A stretch of 64,000 nt of DNA from Candidatus Kapaibacterium sp. (lineage in GTDB: Bacteria > Bacteroidota > Ignavibacteria > Kapaibacteriales > UBA2268): assembly GCA_937927515.1 (NCBI GenBank), contig CALBDO010000003.1:67274-131273 (forward strand), written 5' to 3'. Position numbers and translations under genes: made by a program. Below, piece after piece: positions 36,799 through 47,451 of the stretch; the first letter of the stretch is position 1, and each line of letters begins with the position of its first letter. The notes under the pieces are model-generated. The model saw nothing but the letters and a program-made list of their open reading frames with translations. It did no database searches and had not been told where the DNA came from.

Positions 36799-38346
36799 CT
36801 ATTCGTTTTCCTGTTGATATTCTTCTACTTTTTCCAATTTTGTGCTCTCATCTTGGATAAAAGGTAATGAAAATGCAAATGTTGAGCCCTTTCCTAAGAC
36901 ACTTTTGACCCAAACTTTTCCTCTCATAGCTTGGACTAATCGCTTCACAATCCACAGACCCAGACCAGAGGATGGTTCATCCCCGGTTGGTTTGGCGCTC
37001 AAGCGAGCACCTCTTTGAAATGCTCGATTTATGTCTTCATCAGACAATCCCAGTCCATTATCTATGACTTGAATTACTACTTTGTCGTCTTTTCTTTCGG
37101 AAGTAACCCGAACTTCTCCACCTTTTTGGGTAAACTTTATAGCATTCGAGACAAGATTGTCTAGGACTTCATAAACTTTATATTTATCAAACAAAAATTC
37201 TTCCAATTTGCTATCAATATCAACATATATGTTTATGTTTTTGAGTTGAGCATTTCGTGTATTAGCTTTGACGACTTCATTAATAACCTCATTCACGTTA
37301 CCTAATTCGAGATTTAAACTTACAAGAGATGATTCAAGAGCAAGAATACGTGAAACCTCCTGAGAAAGGGCAACTATCCTGTTTGAGGTTTGAAGTATAT
37401 CGTCGATAATTTCTTGCTGTTCAGTTGCAGTTAAGTCGTAAGAACGAAGAAGTTCTACGAGATTTTTAATTAAAGCAGCTGGATTTTTGATATCGTGGAT
37501 AATCACTGCGAACAATTCATCTTTCTGTCTTTGGAGCTCCTCCAATTCTTCCTTGCTATTGGATAATTTTTCTACTTTTTCTTTGAGTTCAATATTTTGT
37601 CGTCGCAGCTCTTCTGCGCGCGAGTTTAATGCATCTATCTGGCCACGGAGCGCAGCAATCTCCGCTCGTAAATTGCTATTTTCCAATACAATTTGCTCGT
37701 ACTTTTGCTTATCAATTGTCATCTTGCTTGGTGATTCAGCAAAAGTCCTTTTAGCTTTGGATTTAGACTTATTGATTATGATTAATATTATAATGAAAAC
37801 CAAAAAGGCTGCACCAAAACCAAATAAAAGTGATTTGAGCTCGAAACCATAAAAAACCCTTCTCTCAATATTTTCGGAATTCAAATGTGTAGGAATCTTT
37901 GGAGTTGTCTGTGTTAACTTTTTAATCTCCTTTATTTTTGAGCTTAATTTATTGTTTACAATAAATTCGATATCCAAAGGCTTTGCCACCCATTTATTCC
38001 TTGGATCGAAAGCCTGTATAGTTAATTTATAGAAATCCTCTGGAAGATTTTTGTAATTAATGTTCTTCAAGTTTACTGTATAAGCAGAAGAATCTTTGCT
38101 ATTTTTAATAACAACACGAAAAATAAAAGGAGTTCGCAAAGAAGTATCTTTTGTTTCAAGATGGAAGAAAAAGGAAATGGAATCATTTCTCGAAAAGACA
38201 AGGAAATCGAGTTCCTCTGATGTGAGTTCTCTCCCATTTACTTTAATGAAATCAAGCTTAACTTCTCTATCCTCTGAATGTAAAAACTTGGTATTGAAAA
38301 CAAGAGATAACAAAAGGAACGTTATAAAAAGCTTTTTCATTTTCAA
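36799..38346 (-). CDS. Membrane histidine kinase with a periplasmic Y_Y_Y-like domain, coiled coil, HisKA and HATPase_c
   Basis: Signal peptide or TM, YKLTIQAFDPRNKWVAKPLDIEFIV (Y_Y_Y-like), TM helix, heptad region, H-box IIHDIKNPAA, DNGLGL and GLGLWIV. Confidence 0.8.
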   Translation of the reverse strand: MKMKKLFITFLLLSLVFNTKFLHSEDREVKLDFIKVNGRELTSEELDFLVFSRNDSISFFFHLETKDTSLRTPFIFRVVIKNSKDSSAYTVNLKNINYKNLPEDFYKLTIQAFDPRNKWVAKPLDIEFIVNNKLSSKIKEIKKLTQTTPKIPTHLNSENIERRVFYGFELKSLLFGFGAAFLVFIIILIIINKSKSKAKRTFAESPSKMTIDKQKYEQIVLENSNLRAEIAALRGQIDALNSRAEELRRQNIELKEKVEKLSNSKEELEELQRQKDELFAVIIHDIKNPAALIKNLVELLRSYDLTATEQQEIIDDILQTSNRIVALSQEVSRILALESSLVSLNLELGNVNEVINEVVKANTRNAQLKNINIYVDIDSKLEEFLFDKYKVYEVLDNLVSNAIKFTQKGGEVRVTSERKDDKVVIQVIDNGLGLSDEDINRAFQRGARLSAKPTGDEPSSGLGLWIVKRLVQAMRGKVWVKSVLGKGSTFAFSLPFIQDESTKLEKVEEYQQENE

Positions 38347-38397
38347 ACCTAAAAAATGATGTTTAAATTAAAAAAATTTTAGCAACAACGAGTAAAA

Positions 38398-39969
38398 CTA
38401 ATGTTTAAAATGGCGCATATTTGTGAAAACCATAGCAATATTATTTTGGTTCGCGGCTTCAATTACCTCCTTGTCGCGAATTGAGCCCCCTGGTTGAATA
38501 ATTGCAGTGGCTCCAGCTTTGGCGGCTTCGACAACACCATCGGGGAATGGAAAGAAAGCATCCGATGCAACAACAGTACCATTTAAATCCAAACCCATTA
38601 ATCTTGCTTTTTCAATCGCAATTCGAGAGGAATCCACCCGCGACATCTGTCCAGCTCCAATTCCAATTGTTCTATCTGCCCTGGCAAAAACAATTGCGTT
38701 AGATTTAACGTGTTTAACAACCTTGAGACCAAAAATCATCGACTGTATTTCTTCTTCTGTTGGTTCTCGCTGGGTAACGACTTTAAAATTATCAGGATTG
38801 AATAGCCAACGGTCGGCATCCTGAACCAGCAGAGCATTGACAACACTACGATAATCTACCGAAACAGAGCTTTTAAAACCTTCAATGTTCACTTTAATTA
38901 GTCTTCTGTCCTTTTTTCTTTTTAAAATTTCCAGAGCCTCGACTGTAAAATCTGGTGCAATTATTACCTCCGTAAATATTGGATGCACTTCATTAGCGAA
39001 TTCTTTTCCAACTGTGTGATTGGTGACAATTATGCCTCCAAATGGAGAGACTGTGTCTGTTGTAAAAGCCTTTTTAAATGCTTCAACCAGATTAGTATCT
39101 GTTCCAACCCCACAAGGATTAGTGTGTTTGATAATGGCAACTGTTGGTAAATCAAACTCAATTATCAAACGGGTTGCCGAGTCGATGTCAAGAATGTTAT
39201 TATAGGATAACTCTTTACCATGTAATTTTTCAAAAAGAGAACTGAAACTACCATATAAACTAGCCCGTTGTTGAGGATTTTCCCCATATCGAAGATTGTA
39301 TTCCATTGGTAAAGAAATTTGAAAAAATTTGGTATACTCCGATGAAGAAATTTTGCGAAAGAAATCAGCAATTACAACGTCGTAGTGAGCAATGTATTCA
39401 AATGTCTCGGCAGCTAAACTCAATCTAAAATTTAAAGGTATGGATAAATTATTATTTTCTAAAACTTTTAAAATTTCATTATACCTATTAGGATTAACAA
39501 CAGGCAATGTCCAGTGAAAATTTTTACTTGCAGCCCTTAATAATGAAGGACCACCAATATCTATCATTTCTAGTATTTCAAGTAACTCTTCCTCTTTGAT
39601 TTTGCCATTCGAGGAGAGATTTTTTATAGTAGATTCAAAAGGGTACAAATTGCAAACCACCAAATCAATCGAATTAATATTGTGAATATCAAGTTGCTTA
39701 CAATGGTCAGGTTTGTCCATTCGTGCAAGAATTCCAGCAAAAAGTTTTGGATGCAAAGTTTTCACCCTCCCATCTAAAATCTCCGGAAATTGAGTTATTT
39801 CCTCTACGCTACGCACTTTCAAACCATTATCTGAAAGAAACCTCTTCGTTCCTCCAGTAGAGTAAATTTCAATACCAAGATTTGATAGACCTTTGGCAAA
39901 TTCAACTATCCCAGTTTTGTCGTAAACGGAAATTAGAGCATTTTTCAACTTATGATGTAATAGTTCCAT
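38398..39969 (-). CDS. purH: Bifunctional AICAR transformylase / IMP cyclohydrolase
   Basis: ALISVYDKTGIVEFAKGL...STGGT N-terminal MGS-like domain and C-terminal AICARFT domain; 523 aa. Confidence 0.9.
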   Translation of the reverse strand: MELLHHKLKNALISVYDKTGIVEFAKGLSNLGIEIYSTGGTKRFLSDNGLKVRSVEEITQFPEILDGRVKTLHPKLFAGILARMDKPDHCKQLDIHNINSIDLVVCNLYPFESTIKNLSSNGKIKEEELLEILEMIDIGGPSLLRAASKNFHWTLPVVNPNRYNEILKVLENNNLSIPLNFRLSLAAETFEYIAHYDVVIADFFRKISSSEYTKFFQISLPMEYNLRYGENPQQRASLYGSFSSLFEKLHGKELSYNNILDIDSATRLIIEFDLPTVAIIKHTNPCGVGTDTNLVEAFKKAFTTDTVSPFGGIIVTNHTVGKEFANEVHPIFTEVIIAPDFTVEALEILKRKKDRRLIKVNIEGFKSSVSVDYRSVVNALLVQDADRWLFNPDNFKVVTQREPTEEEIQSMIFGLKVVKHVKSNAIVFARADRTIGIGAGQMSRVDSSRIAIEKARLMGLDLNGTVVASDAFFPFPDGVVEAAKAGATAIIQPGGSIRDKEVIEAANQNNIAMVFTNMRHFKH

Positions 39970-39980
39970 TTTAAATACCT

Positions 39981-41390
39981 TTAAAGTATATATTTGCTTA
40001 AATCAACATTTTCTATAATCTTGTTTAACTTTTCTTGGACCATTTGAACAGTGACAACAATTTTAGTATCTTTTATTTTGTCTGGTGCGTTGAAAAGAAT
40101 ATCCTCTAAAAGAGTAGTCATAATAGTGTGCAATCGGCGAGCACCAATGTTGGTTATTTCTTCATTAACTCGTGCAGCAATTGCAGCAATTTCTCTAATA
40201 GCTTCGGGGTCGAATTCAAGGTTAATACCTTCGGTATCTAGTAATGCTTTGTATTGTTTTATCAAGGCATTTTCTGGAAGTGTTAGTATTTTCACAAAGT
40301 CGTCTTCTGAAAGGCTCTTCAATTCTACTCGAATTGGGAAACGCCCTTGCAACTCCGGAATTAAATCCGAGGGTTTCGACACATGGAATGCCCCAGATGC
40401 AATAAATAAAATATGGTCAGTTTTTACGGGGCCATACTTTGTATTTACTGTTGTACCTTCCACAATAGGCAGCAAATCTCTTTGAACACCTTCGCGAGAG
40501 ACATCTGGGCCAACGCCTTTACCCTGGCTTGATGCAATTTTATCAATTTCATCGATGAAAATTATTCCCATATTCTCCGCTCTTTCCAATGCTTCTTTAA
40601 CAACGCTCTCCATATCGATTAACTTTTCGGTCTCTTCCTTCAAAATTTGATTTCTTGCCTCGGCAACTGTCATCTTCCTTCTTACTCTTTTTTTAGGAAA
40701 CAATTGACTAACCATATCTTGAATAGAATTACCAATTTCATCCATTCCAAATGGTCCAAAAATTTGTACAGGTGGGGCCATCTCACTCTCTACCTCAATC
40801 TCTATTACTCTTGTGTCGAAAAAACCGGCTTTGTACAATTCCCTTAATTTTTCTCTATTTTCCTCAAGCTCGGTTTCACTTCCCTCGACATCGAAAGAGA
40901 TGCTCTTGGATTTCTTCGGAAATAATATGTTCAAAATTCTCTCTTCTGTTGCTCGTTTTGCCTCCTCCATTTTTTCTTGAGTTTTTTCTTGTTTAACCAT
41001 TACAACTGCACGCTCAACAAGGTCGCGGACCATTGATTCAACATCACGACCAACATAGCCAACCTCGGTATACTTTGTTGCTTCAACCTTGACAAAAGGT
41101 GCATTTACTAATTTTGCAAGCCTTCGAGCAATTTCAGTTTTCCCTACTCCAGTTGGTCCTATCATTATAATATTGTTTGGCAAAATTTCCTCGCGAAGAT
41201 TACTCATTACTTTTCTTCTTCGCCATCTGTTCCTTAATGCTATAGCCACTATTCGTTTCGCTTCCTCTTGTCCGATAACATACTTATCCAACTCTCGAAC
41301 TATATCGCTTGGAGTAAGTTCCCAATCAGAGCGATGAAAAGATTTCTTTTCGATTGTGTGTTCACTTTGCAAATCAATTTTCTCTTTCAT
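39981..41390 (-). CDS. hslU: HslU AAA+ ATPase subunit; no hslV adjacent
   Basis: [52 protein letters not shown]; 469 aa. Confidence 0.9.
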   Translation of the reverse strand: MKEKIDLQSEHTIEKKSFHRSDWELTPSDIVRELDKYVIGQEEAKRIVAIALRNRWRRRKVMSNLREEILPNNIIMIGPTGVGKTEIARRLAKLVNAPFVKVEATKYTEVGYVGRDVESMVRDLVERAVVMVKQEKTQEKMEEAKRATEERILNILFPKKSKSISFDVEGSETELEENREKLRELYKAGFFDTRVIEIEVESEMAPPVQIFGPFGMDEIGNSIQDMVSQLFPKKRVRRKMTVAEARNQILKEETEKLIDMESVVKEALERAENMGIIFIDEIDKIASSQGKGVGPDVSREGVQRDLLPIVEGTTVNTKYGPVKTDHILFIASGAFHVSKPSDLIPELQGRFPIRVELKSLSEDDFVKILTLPENALIKQYKALLDTEGINLEFDPEAIREIAAIAARVNEEITNIGARRLHTIMTTLLEDILFNAPDKIKDTKIVVTVQMVQEKLNKIIENVDLSKYIL

Positions 41391-41471
41391 ATCTGAATTA
41401 ACAAAAAGACAAAATTACCAAAAACAATTGGTATAAATTCATTATTAAAATGTTAGCGAAATTTACGAATT

Positions 41472-42611
41472 TTGATATTTTTATTATTACCAATTATGAA
41501 AACTGTTCTTTTAATTTTTGGCACGAGACCAGAAGGCATTAAGTTAGCATCATTAATAAATAAACTTAAGCAAAGAGATGATTTACGAACAATTACTTGC
41601 ATTACTTCCCAACACAAAAGATTACTACACCAGGTAGTTGAGTACTTTAAAATACCTATAGATTATAATCTTGATGTTATGATTGAAAATCAAACTCTCG
41701 ATTATATTACACAAATGACAATTGCTAAACTGGAAAGAATTTTTGATGATGTCCATCCAGACCTAACAGTTGTTCAAGGAGATGCCACATCTTCTCTTGT
41801 CGGTGCAATTTCTTCCTTCTACCACAAGGTCCCAGTTGCCCATATCGAAGCTGGACTTCGAACTAACGACAAGAATTATCCATTTCCTGAGGAAATAAAT
41901 CGACGTTTGATAACTCAAATTGCAAATTTTCACTTTGCACCCACCAAAAAATCTGTTGAAAATCTTTTATCCGAGCACATACCAAAGGAGCAAATATTTT
42001 TAGTTGGCAACACAACAATTGATGCTCAATTGTCCACACTTAAATATCTTTCCGAAAAAGAAGATTTTTATAATTCAATGTTCAAAAATATTAATTTCGA
42101 AAAAAAGATACTTTTGGTAACTTGTCACAGAAGAGAAAACTTTGGAAAGCCTTTCGAGGAAATCTGCAATACTTTGATGCACCTAGCCAAAAAATTTAAC
42201 GATATTGAGATTGTTTTTCCAGTTCACTTAAATCCAAACATAAGAAAAGTAGCCTTTTCACTGCTTAAATCTTCAAAAATACATTTATTAGAACCACTCG
42301 ATTATCCCGCACTTCTTTTTTTGATGAAAAAATCATACTTGATTCTTACAGACAGCGGTGGTCTGCAAGAAGAAGCACCAACATTAGGAAAGCCAGTACT
42401 GGTTCTAAGGGAAAAGACCGAACGGGTTGAAAGTGTCGAACTGGGTATTTCAAAAGTTGTTGGAACGAAAAGAGAAAATATTATAAACTGGACAGAAAAA
42501 TTACTTCTTGAGCAAGAAAGTTATGAACAAATGGCAAAAGTTTGCTTTCCTTACGGGGACGGGACCGCTTCGGATAAGATATACAACAAAATACTTGAAT
42601 TGTTACTTTAA
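41472..42611 (+). CDS. wecB: UDP-N-acetylglucosamine 2-epimerase (non-hydrolysing)
   Basis: MKTVLLIFGTRPEGIKLA..., HIEAGLRT, DSGGLQEEAP motifs. Confidence 0.85.
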   Translation: MIFLLLPIMKTVLLIFGTRPEGIKLASLINKLKQRDDLRTITCITSQHKRLLHQVVEYFKIPIDYNLDVMIENQTLDYITQMTIAKLERIFDDVHPDLTVVQGDATSSLVGAISSFYHKVPVAHIEAGLRTNDKNYPFPEEINRRLITQIANFHFAPTKKSVENLLSEHIPKEQIFLVGNTTIDAQLSTLKYLSEKEDFYNSMFKNINFEKKILLVTCHRRENFGKPFEEICNTLMHLAKKFNDIEIVFPVHLNPNIRKVAFSLLKSSKIHLLEPLDYPALLFLMKKSYLILTDSGGLQEEAPTLGKPVLVLREKTERVESVELGISKVVGTKRENIINWTEKLLLEQESYEQMAKVCFPYGDGTASDKIYNKILELLL

Positions 42612-43898
42612 TCTTGCTAAAAGGTCGTAGGTCTTTGCTTTAAGTATTTCTACATTTACAAACTCACCAATGGATACATCTGGGTCAGCCTTTAAGTAAA
42701 CCAAGTTGTCGACTTCGGGAGCATCAAATTCGGTTCGACATATATATAAGCCATTGTTTTTATCATCAATAAGCACTTTAAGCTCTTTCCCAACCAACTC
42801 TTTGTTCTTTCTTAAGGAAATCTTACTTTGAACTTTTAATATCTCCTGAAGTCGATAGTTTTTTGTTTCTTCGGGTATCGGGTCTCCAAAGTTAAATGCA
42901 TAAGTTCCATCTTCACAAGAATATGTGAATACTCCGACTCTTTCCAACTCATAATCATTAAGAAATTGTATTAACTCCTCAAAGTCTTTTTCCGTTTCGG
43001 TAGGGTAACCAACAATTAAAGTTGAACGAATATAAGCATTAGGAACCTTTGCTCGTATGTTTTCAATTAAATTTACTATATTCTTTTTAGAATTGCCTCT
43101 AAGCATCGATTTCAACACGCTGTCGGAAATATGTTGTATTGGGATGTCGAAATAGTTGCAAATTTTTGGCTCTTCCGCAACATAGTCGATTAGCCCATCT
43201 GGTATTCCAGCTGGGTACAAGTACATAATTCTTATCCAAGAAATTTCGGGAATAGCTACTAATTCCCTCAAGAGTTGCAGAAGCTTCGGCTCCCCATAAA
43301 TGTCAATCCCATATGATGAGGTGTCCTGCGAAACTATAATCAACTCCCTCACTCCCTTGCAAGCTAGAGATTTAGCCTCTTCAACTAAGTTTGGAATAGG
43401 GAACGAACGCAATCTCCCTCGAATGTTTGGAATTGCACAGAAAGCGCATTCTCTATTGCACCCTTCGCTTATTTTCAGATAAGCATAATGTTTCGGCGTG
43501 AGAAGTTGCCTTTCTCCTAATAATTGACTCTTTAACTGAGCATCTGATTTAAGATATCTTACAACCTGCTCCAAGCTTTCCACTCCGACAAAGAGGTCTA
43601 CTTCATTGAATTCCTCCCGAAGGATTTCCTTGAAACGTTCGACCAAACATCCGGCAACAATGACCTTTTGCAACTTCCCTTGGATTTTTAAATTCATTAC
43701 TTCCAGGAGGACCTTTAAATTCTCTTCAACGGCAGGTTTTATAAATCCACAAGTATTAACAATGCAGGTTTCCGATTTGTCGATATTATCTACTACATTA
43801 AAACCATTTGCTGTAAGAGCACCTATTAATTTCTCGCTATCGACAACGTTTTTGGGGCATCCGAGCGTCAAAACAGAAATATTTTTTGAATTTTGCAT
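42603..43898 (-). CDS. rimO: Radical-SAM methylthiotransferase, RimO-like (MTTase N-domain, CxxxCxxC, TRAM)
   Basis: LGCPKNVVDSE, EGCNRECAFCAIP, C-terminal TRAM-like domain; 431 aa. The RimO versus MiaB assignment rests on the N-terminal pattern only. Confidence 0.7.
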   Translation of the reverse strand: MQNSKNISVLTLGCPKNVVDSEKLIGALTANGFNVVDNIDKSETCIVNTCGFIKPAVEENLKVLLEVMNLKIQGKLQKVIVAGCLVERFKEILREEFNEVDLFVGVESLEQVVRYLKSDAQLKSQLLGERQLLTPKHYAYLKISEGCNRECAFCAIPNIRGRLRSFPIPNLVEEAKSLACKGVRELIIVSQDTSSYGIDIYGEPKLLQLLRELVAIPEISWIRIMYLYPAGIPDGLIDYVAEEPKICNYFDIPIQHISDSVLKSMLRGNSKKNIVNLIENIRAKVPNAYIRSTLIVGYPTETEKDFEELIQFLNDYELERVGVFTYSCEDGTYAFNFGDPIPEETKNYRLQEILKVQSKISLRKNKELVGKELKVLIDDKNNGLYICRTEFDAPEVDNLVYLKADPDVSIGEFVNVEILKAKTYDLLARLK

Positions 43899-43901
43899 TA
43901 T

Positions 43902-44567
43902 TTACCAATTTTTTTCAATGTGTTTTTCAACTCGAGGCAATAATTTTGCCCTAACTTCTTTTTGAGTTTTCTTTTCTTCGTTTCTCAAAGCATTTAAAAT
44001 ATTCTGGATGTTTTGTTGAGAAAGATTTTGCTGAGATTTATCCTGATTCGACTGACTCTTGTTTTGCTCTTGTGAATTTTTGTTTTCCTCCTTGGATGAA
44101 TCCCTTCGATTTTGATTTTCTTTTTGTCTTTGCTGCTCCATTATCAACATCCGTCGCGCATATTCAAGATTATATTTAGAATCAAAATCATTTGGATTAA
44201 GCTTCAAAGCATTTTTATAAAGCTCTATACTTTCTTTGTATTTTTTTTCTTTTAAATACGAATTACCAAGATTGTAATATGCCATTGCTTTTTCACTCTT
44301 TTCTTTTGTGGTATTTATTATCTCTAAATACTTTTGTTGAGATTCGTTGTACTTCCCTTGTTTATATAGTGAATTTCCAAGATTATATACAGCTCGTTTC
44401 TCCTCTGGATTTTTTTCCAAAGCCTTTCTGTAATTTAATTCAGCATCTTCATATTTTTTTTCTTTATACTTGCTATTGCCCATTCTTAATAAATCAATTG
44501 AATTTTGCGAAAGTAAATTGCTCGCGTAAACAAAGAGGCACAGTAGCATTAAAATTTTAACTTTCAT
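43902..44567 (-). CDS. TPR-repeat protein, BatC-like, with a low-complexity Q/N/S/K-rich tail
   Basis: Four TPR-like repeats (AVYNLGNSLYKQGKY..., AYYNLGNSYLKEKKY...), signal peptide, overlaps the vWA gene by 4 nt. Confidence 0.6.
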   Translation of the reverse strand: MKVKILMLLCLFVYASNLLSQNSIDLLRMGNSKYKEKKYEDAELNYRKALEKNPEEKRAVYNLGNSLYKQGKYNESQQKYLEIINTTKEKSEKAMAYYNLGNSYLKEKKYKESIELYKNALKLNPNDFDSKYNLEYARRMLIMEQQRQKENQNRRDSSKEENKNSQEQNKSQSNQDKSQQNLSQQNIQNILNALRNEEKKTQKEVRAKLLPRVEKHIEKNW

Positions 44568-45604
44568 TTTTGGTTCTTCTGAATAAAATTATTCAACAAA
44601 AGAATGTATTTATTTTTTTGCTCTGTTATAAAAATTTCGAGTAACAGTATTAAAATAGCAACAAACAATGGGTATTGAAATTGAGACTCAAAATTGGAAT
44701 ACATTTTTGTTTCAAATTCAGTTTTTTCCATTTTTGCAATTTTTTCAATTATATGAGATAGGTCGGGGTCTAAACCAGAATTCATTAAGAACTCGCCACC
44801 ACCGAGAACAGCAATTTTTTCAAGCATTTGAGGATTTAACCTTGTTGTGACGACCGAACCATCTTTATCCTTTAAAAAAGTTTTAGAACCACCCTGATAA
44901 ACTGGTATAGGACCGCCCGTGAGAGTCCCCATACCAATTACGTGAATTACGAAATTGTTTTTTGCAGCGAATTCGGCCGCCGATAAAGCATCATCTTCAT
45001 GATTTTCCCCATCGGTAATAATAATCATGGCTTTTTTTCTCTTAGCATCAAAATTGAATTTATCGACAGCAAATTCGATTGCAGTACCTATTGCTGTCCC
45101 TTGAGTTGAAATTAAATTCGTCTCGATGTAGCTTGTAAACAATTTAGCAGCGCCATAATCGGTGGTCAAAGGTAGTTGAACAAAAGGCTCGCCAGCAAAT
45201 ACTACAATCCCAATTCTGTCGTTTTCAAGCTTATCTATTAACTTCATAATCATTTGCTTTGCTCGTTCCAAACGATTTGGCTTGATATCTTCTGCTTTCA
45301 TACTGTTGGAAATATCTAAAAGAATTACAACATCGACTCCCTGCCTTTTCCCTTGAACCAATTTTGTACCAAGCAAAGGATTTGCAAGAGTAATAATTAA
45401 AAAAGAAAAACCAAGAGAAATAAGTAAAAATTTAAAATTGGATTTGGTGGATGAAAGTCCCGGTGCCAAGTTCCCAAGTAAATTAATTTCTACAAATTGG
45501 GTTAAAAGTGATTTTTGTTTTTGCCTTTCCCAAATGTAAATAAATATAAACAACACAACTAATAAGAATGCCCAAAAAATGTGTATATTACCCCAAGTAA
45601 ACAT
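44564..45604 (-). CDS. vWA-domain membrane protein, BatA/BatB-like
   Basis: N-terminal TM; VVILLDISNSM (MIDAS DxSxS); vWA fold pattern. Confidence 0.75.
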   Translation of the reverse strand: MFTWGNIHIFWAFLLVVLFIFIYIWERQKQKSLLTQFVEINLLGNLAPGLSSTKSNFKFLLISLGFSFLIITLANPLLGTKLVQGKRQGVDVVILLDISNSMKAEDIKPNRLERAKQMIMKLIDKLENDRIGIVVFAGEPFVQLPLTTDYGAAKLFTSYIETNLISTQGTAIGTAIEFAVDKFNFDAKRKKAMIIITDGENHEDDALSAAEFAAKNNFVIHVIGMGTLTGGPIPVYQGGSKTFLKDKDGSVVTTRLNPQMLEKIAVLGGGEFLMNSGLDPDLSHIIEKIAKMEKTEFETKMYSNFESQFQYPLFVAILILLLEIFITEQKNKYILLLNNFIQKNQK

Positions 45605-45627
45605 ATGGCAGAGCCCGTAAATTTCTG

Positions 45628-46326
45628 TTACTTTTTAAAACCAACAACTATTCCGAAAATAGGAATCTCCACTCGAGGTAATTCCGGATGTGTAGTTTTA
45701 AATTTGATTTTACCACTGAAATTGCCAATATTATTTGGAGCGACTTTGACTTCGAGAGTGAAATCCTCATCAGCCTTCAAGAGTATATCAGGTTTTAAAT
45801 TTGAAAAAATTACATCTGGTGGGTCAGTCTGTGGTTCCTTAATTTTAAAATCTTCACCAGATGTATTTTTTAAAATTAACTTATACGTGGCGGTATCTCC
45901 AATAAACAAATTAGAAGCCATAATCTTTGAATCTGGAAAGAATTTTAAAGGAGGAACAAATTCGGCTCTCAGGTAATAATAGGTTTCTGGTTTTGTTGGG
46001 TCATTTGTTTCGAAAGAAATAGATTTAGTATGAATTCCAGGGCTTCGAGGTACCATCAAAGTCACATCCATTGTTGCATAGCCATTTGGCTCGATATTGT
46101 ATTTATCAAGTGGAGCAGCAGTACAACCACACCCGGGTTTTACATATAAAATTTTTAAGGTATCATCACCATCGTTGAAAATTTTTATCTTGGCTTTTAA
46201 TGGTTCATCAACATTGCGAACTTTTCCCCAGTCGTATGTGTCACCATTTTCAAAGCGTATTCTTGGTGCTGCAAACAAGATATTAACGCTGAATAATATA
46301 CACAAGAATGACAATGCTCTATTCAT
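45628..46326 (-). CDS. DUF1573-domain (Ig-like) secreted protein
   Basis: Signal peptide; FENGDTYDWGKV...YVKPGCGCTAAPL matches the DUF1573 CGCT signature. Confidence 0.55.
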   Translation of the reverse strand: MNRALSFLCILFSVNILFAAPRIRFENGDTYDWGKVRNVDEPLKAKIKIFNDGDDTLKILYVKPGCGCTAAPLDKYNIEPNGYATMDVTLMVPRSPGIHTKSISFETNDPTKPETYYYLRAEFVPPLKFFPDSKIMASNLFIGDTATYKLILKNTSGEDFKIKEPQTDPPDVIFSNLKPDILLKADEDFTLEVKVAPNNIGNFSGKIKFKTTHPELPRVEIPIFGIVVGFKK

Positions 46327-46376
46327 ATGGAAACTCCTTTTATAAATAAATTATACGAAAAAGATTTTTTTTTCTT

Positions 46377-47378
46377 TTACTTCAAATGCAAATAAAATAC
46401 TGAATAGACATTTGTTACAATTTTCAAAGGTTTGTTACTAGTTTGTGCTGATGGTGGTATTTTGTAAACTATTTTTATCTGTTGCGTAATTTTGCTATCC
46501 TTAACCAATCCAGTACGTTTATCCAAAACCAAAGAGCCATTCTGTTTACCAGTTAATTCCGTCAAATCTTGATTAAACTCTCTTAACTTCTCTTTATTAA
46601 ACTGAATGGCTGAAGTAAGGTCCACCAGAAGCGTATCGTTTCTTAAAGAATTTAATGTAAACGTATTTATTATATGAGATGGTATAGGCTCTGTGGGAAA
46701 TAAATGAATCTCCCAACTACTTCCAGTAGTAACAGGTTGCTCTGGATAAACATTAAAAATTTTTTCGAAAGACTTTTTTAATTCGTTTTGATTGAAGAAA
46801 CTTCCGACTATCTGAGAAAGCATAGATTTATCAATTCCCTTAAATTCCTTTAATTTCAACATTTGACTAATTACTGAATTTATTAAAGAATCCACTCCAA
46901 GAAGAGATATATTCTTTCCTTTTTTATCCACTATCAATTTAAACTCCTTATCAATCAAATTTCCGTAAAAAATATCCAGAGGAGTTTCGTTTTTCGACCT
47001 AAGCTGAGTATTTACATCGACAGTGAATAATTGTGAACTAATATTTTGTTGTATTGTTTTAAATTTCACAGAAAAAAGGAAATTTCCGAAAGTATCCTTT
47101 TCTTTTGGTTGAAGTACATATACAATTTTCTGAAAATGGTTGGTAATAGCATTCAAGGTGTCAATTTTTTGTGTAATTTTTTGTTCCAATCGACTTTCAA
47201 AGTGATACTCTTTTCCAAGTTCAGGGTTTAACTCAAGAAGGAATTTATTTGAGGTTTGCTGTTCAACGTATCCTATTGAATCAGAAGGGTTTGAGCCTCG
47301 TCTCTCATCAGCAATTTTTTTGGGTTCGCAAGAAAAAATAAAAAAAACAAACAGGAATAATAAAAAAAATCTCGACAT
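46377..47378 (-). CDS. Hypothetical lipoprotein
   Basis: Lipobox IFSCEPKK; no recognised domain. Confidence 0.45.
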   Translation of the reverse strand: MSRFFLLFLFVFFIFSCEPKKIADERRGSNPSDSIGYVEQQTSNKFLLELNPELGKEYHFESRLEQKITQKIDTLNAITNHFQKIVYVLQPKEKDTFGNFLFSVKFKTIQQNISSQLFTVDVNTQLRSKNETPLDIFYGNLIDKEFKLIVDKKGKNISLLGVDSLINSVISQMLKLKEFKGIDKSMLSQIVGSFFNQNELKKSFEKIFNVYPEQPVTTGSSWEIHLFPTEPIPSHIINTFTLNSLRNDTLLVDLTSAIQFNKEKLREFNQDLTELTGKQNGSLVLDKRTGLVKDSKITQQIKIVYKIPPSAQTSNKPLKIVTNVYSVFYLHLK

Positions 47379-47451
47379 TTAAATCTCCAAAATAACAAAA
47401 TTAACTACTAATTCGTTTTAAATATTTGGTAGAATTCAAAAATTGTGACAA

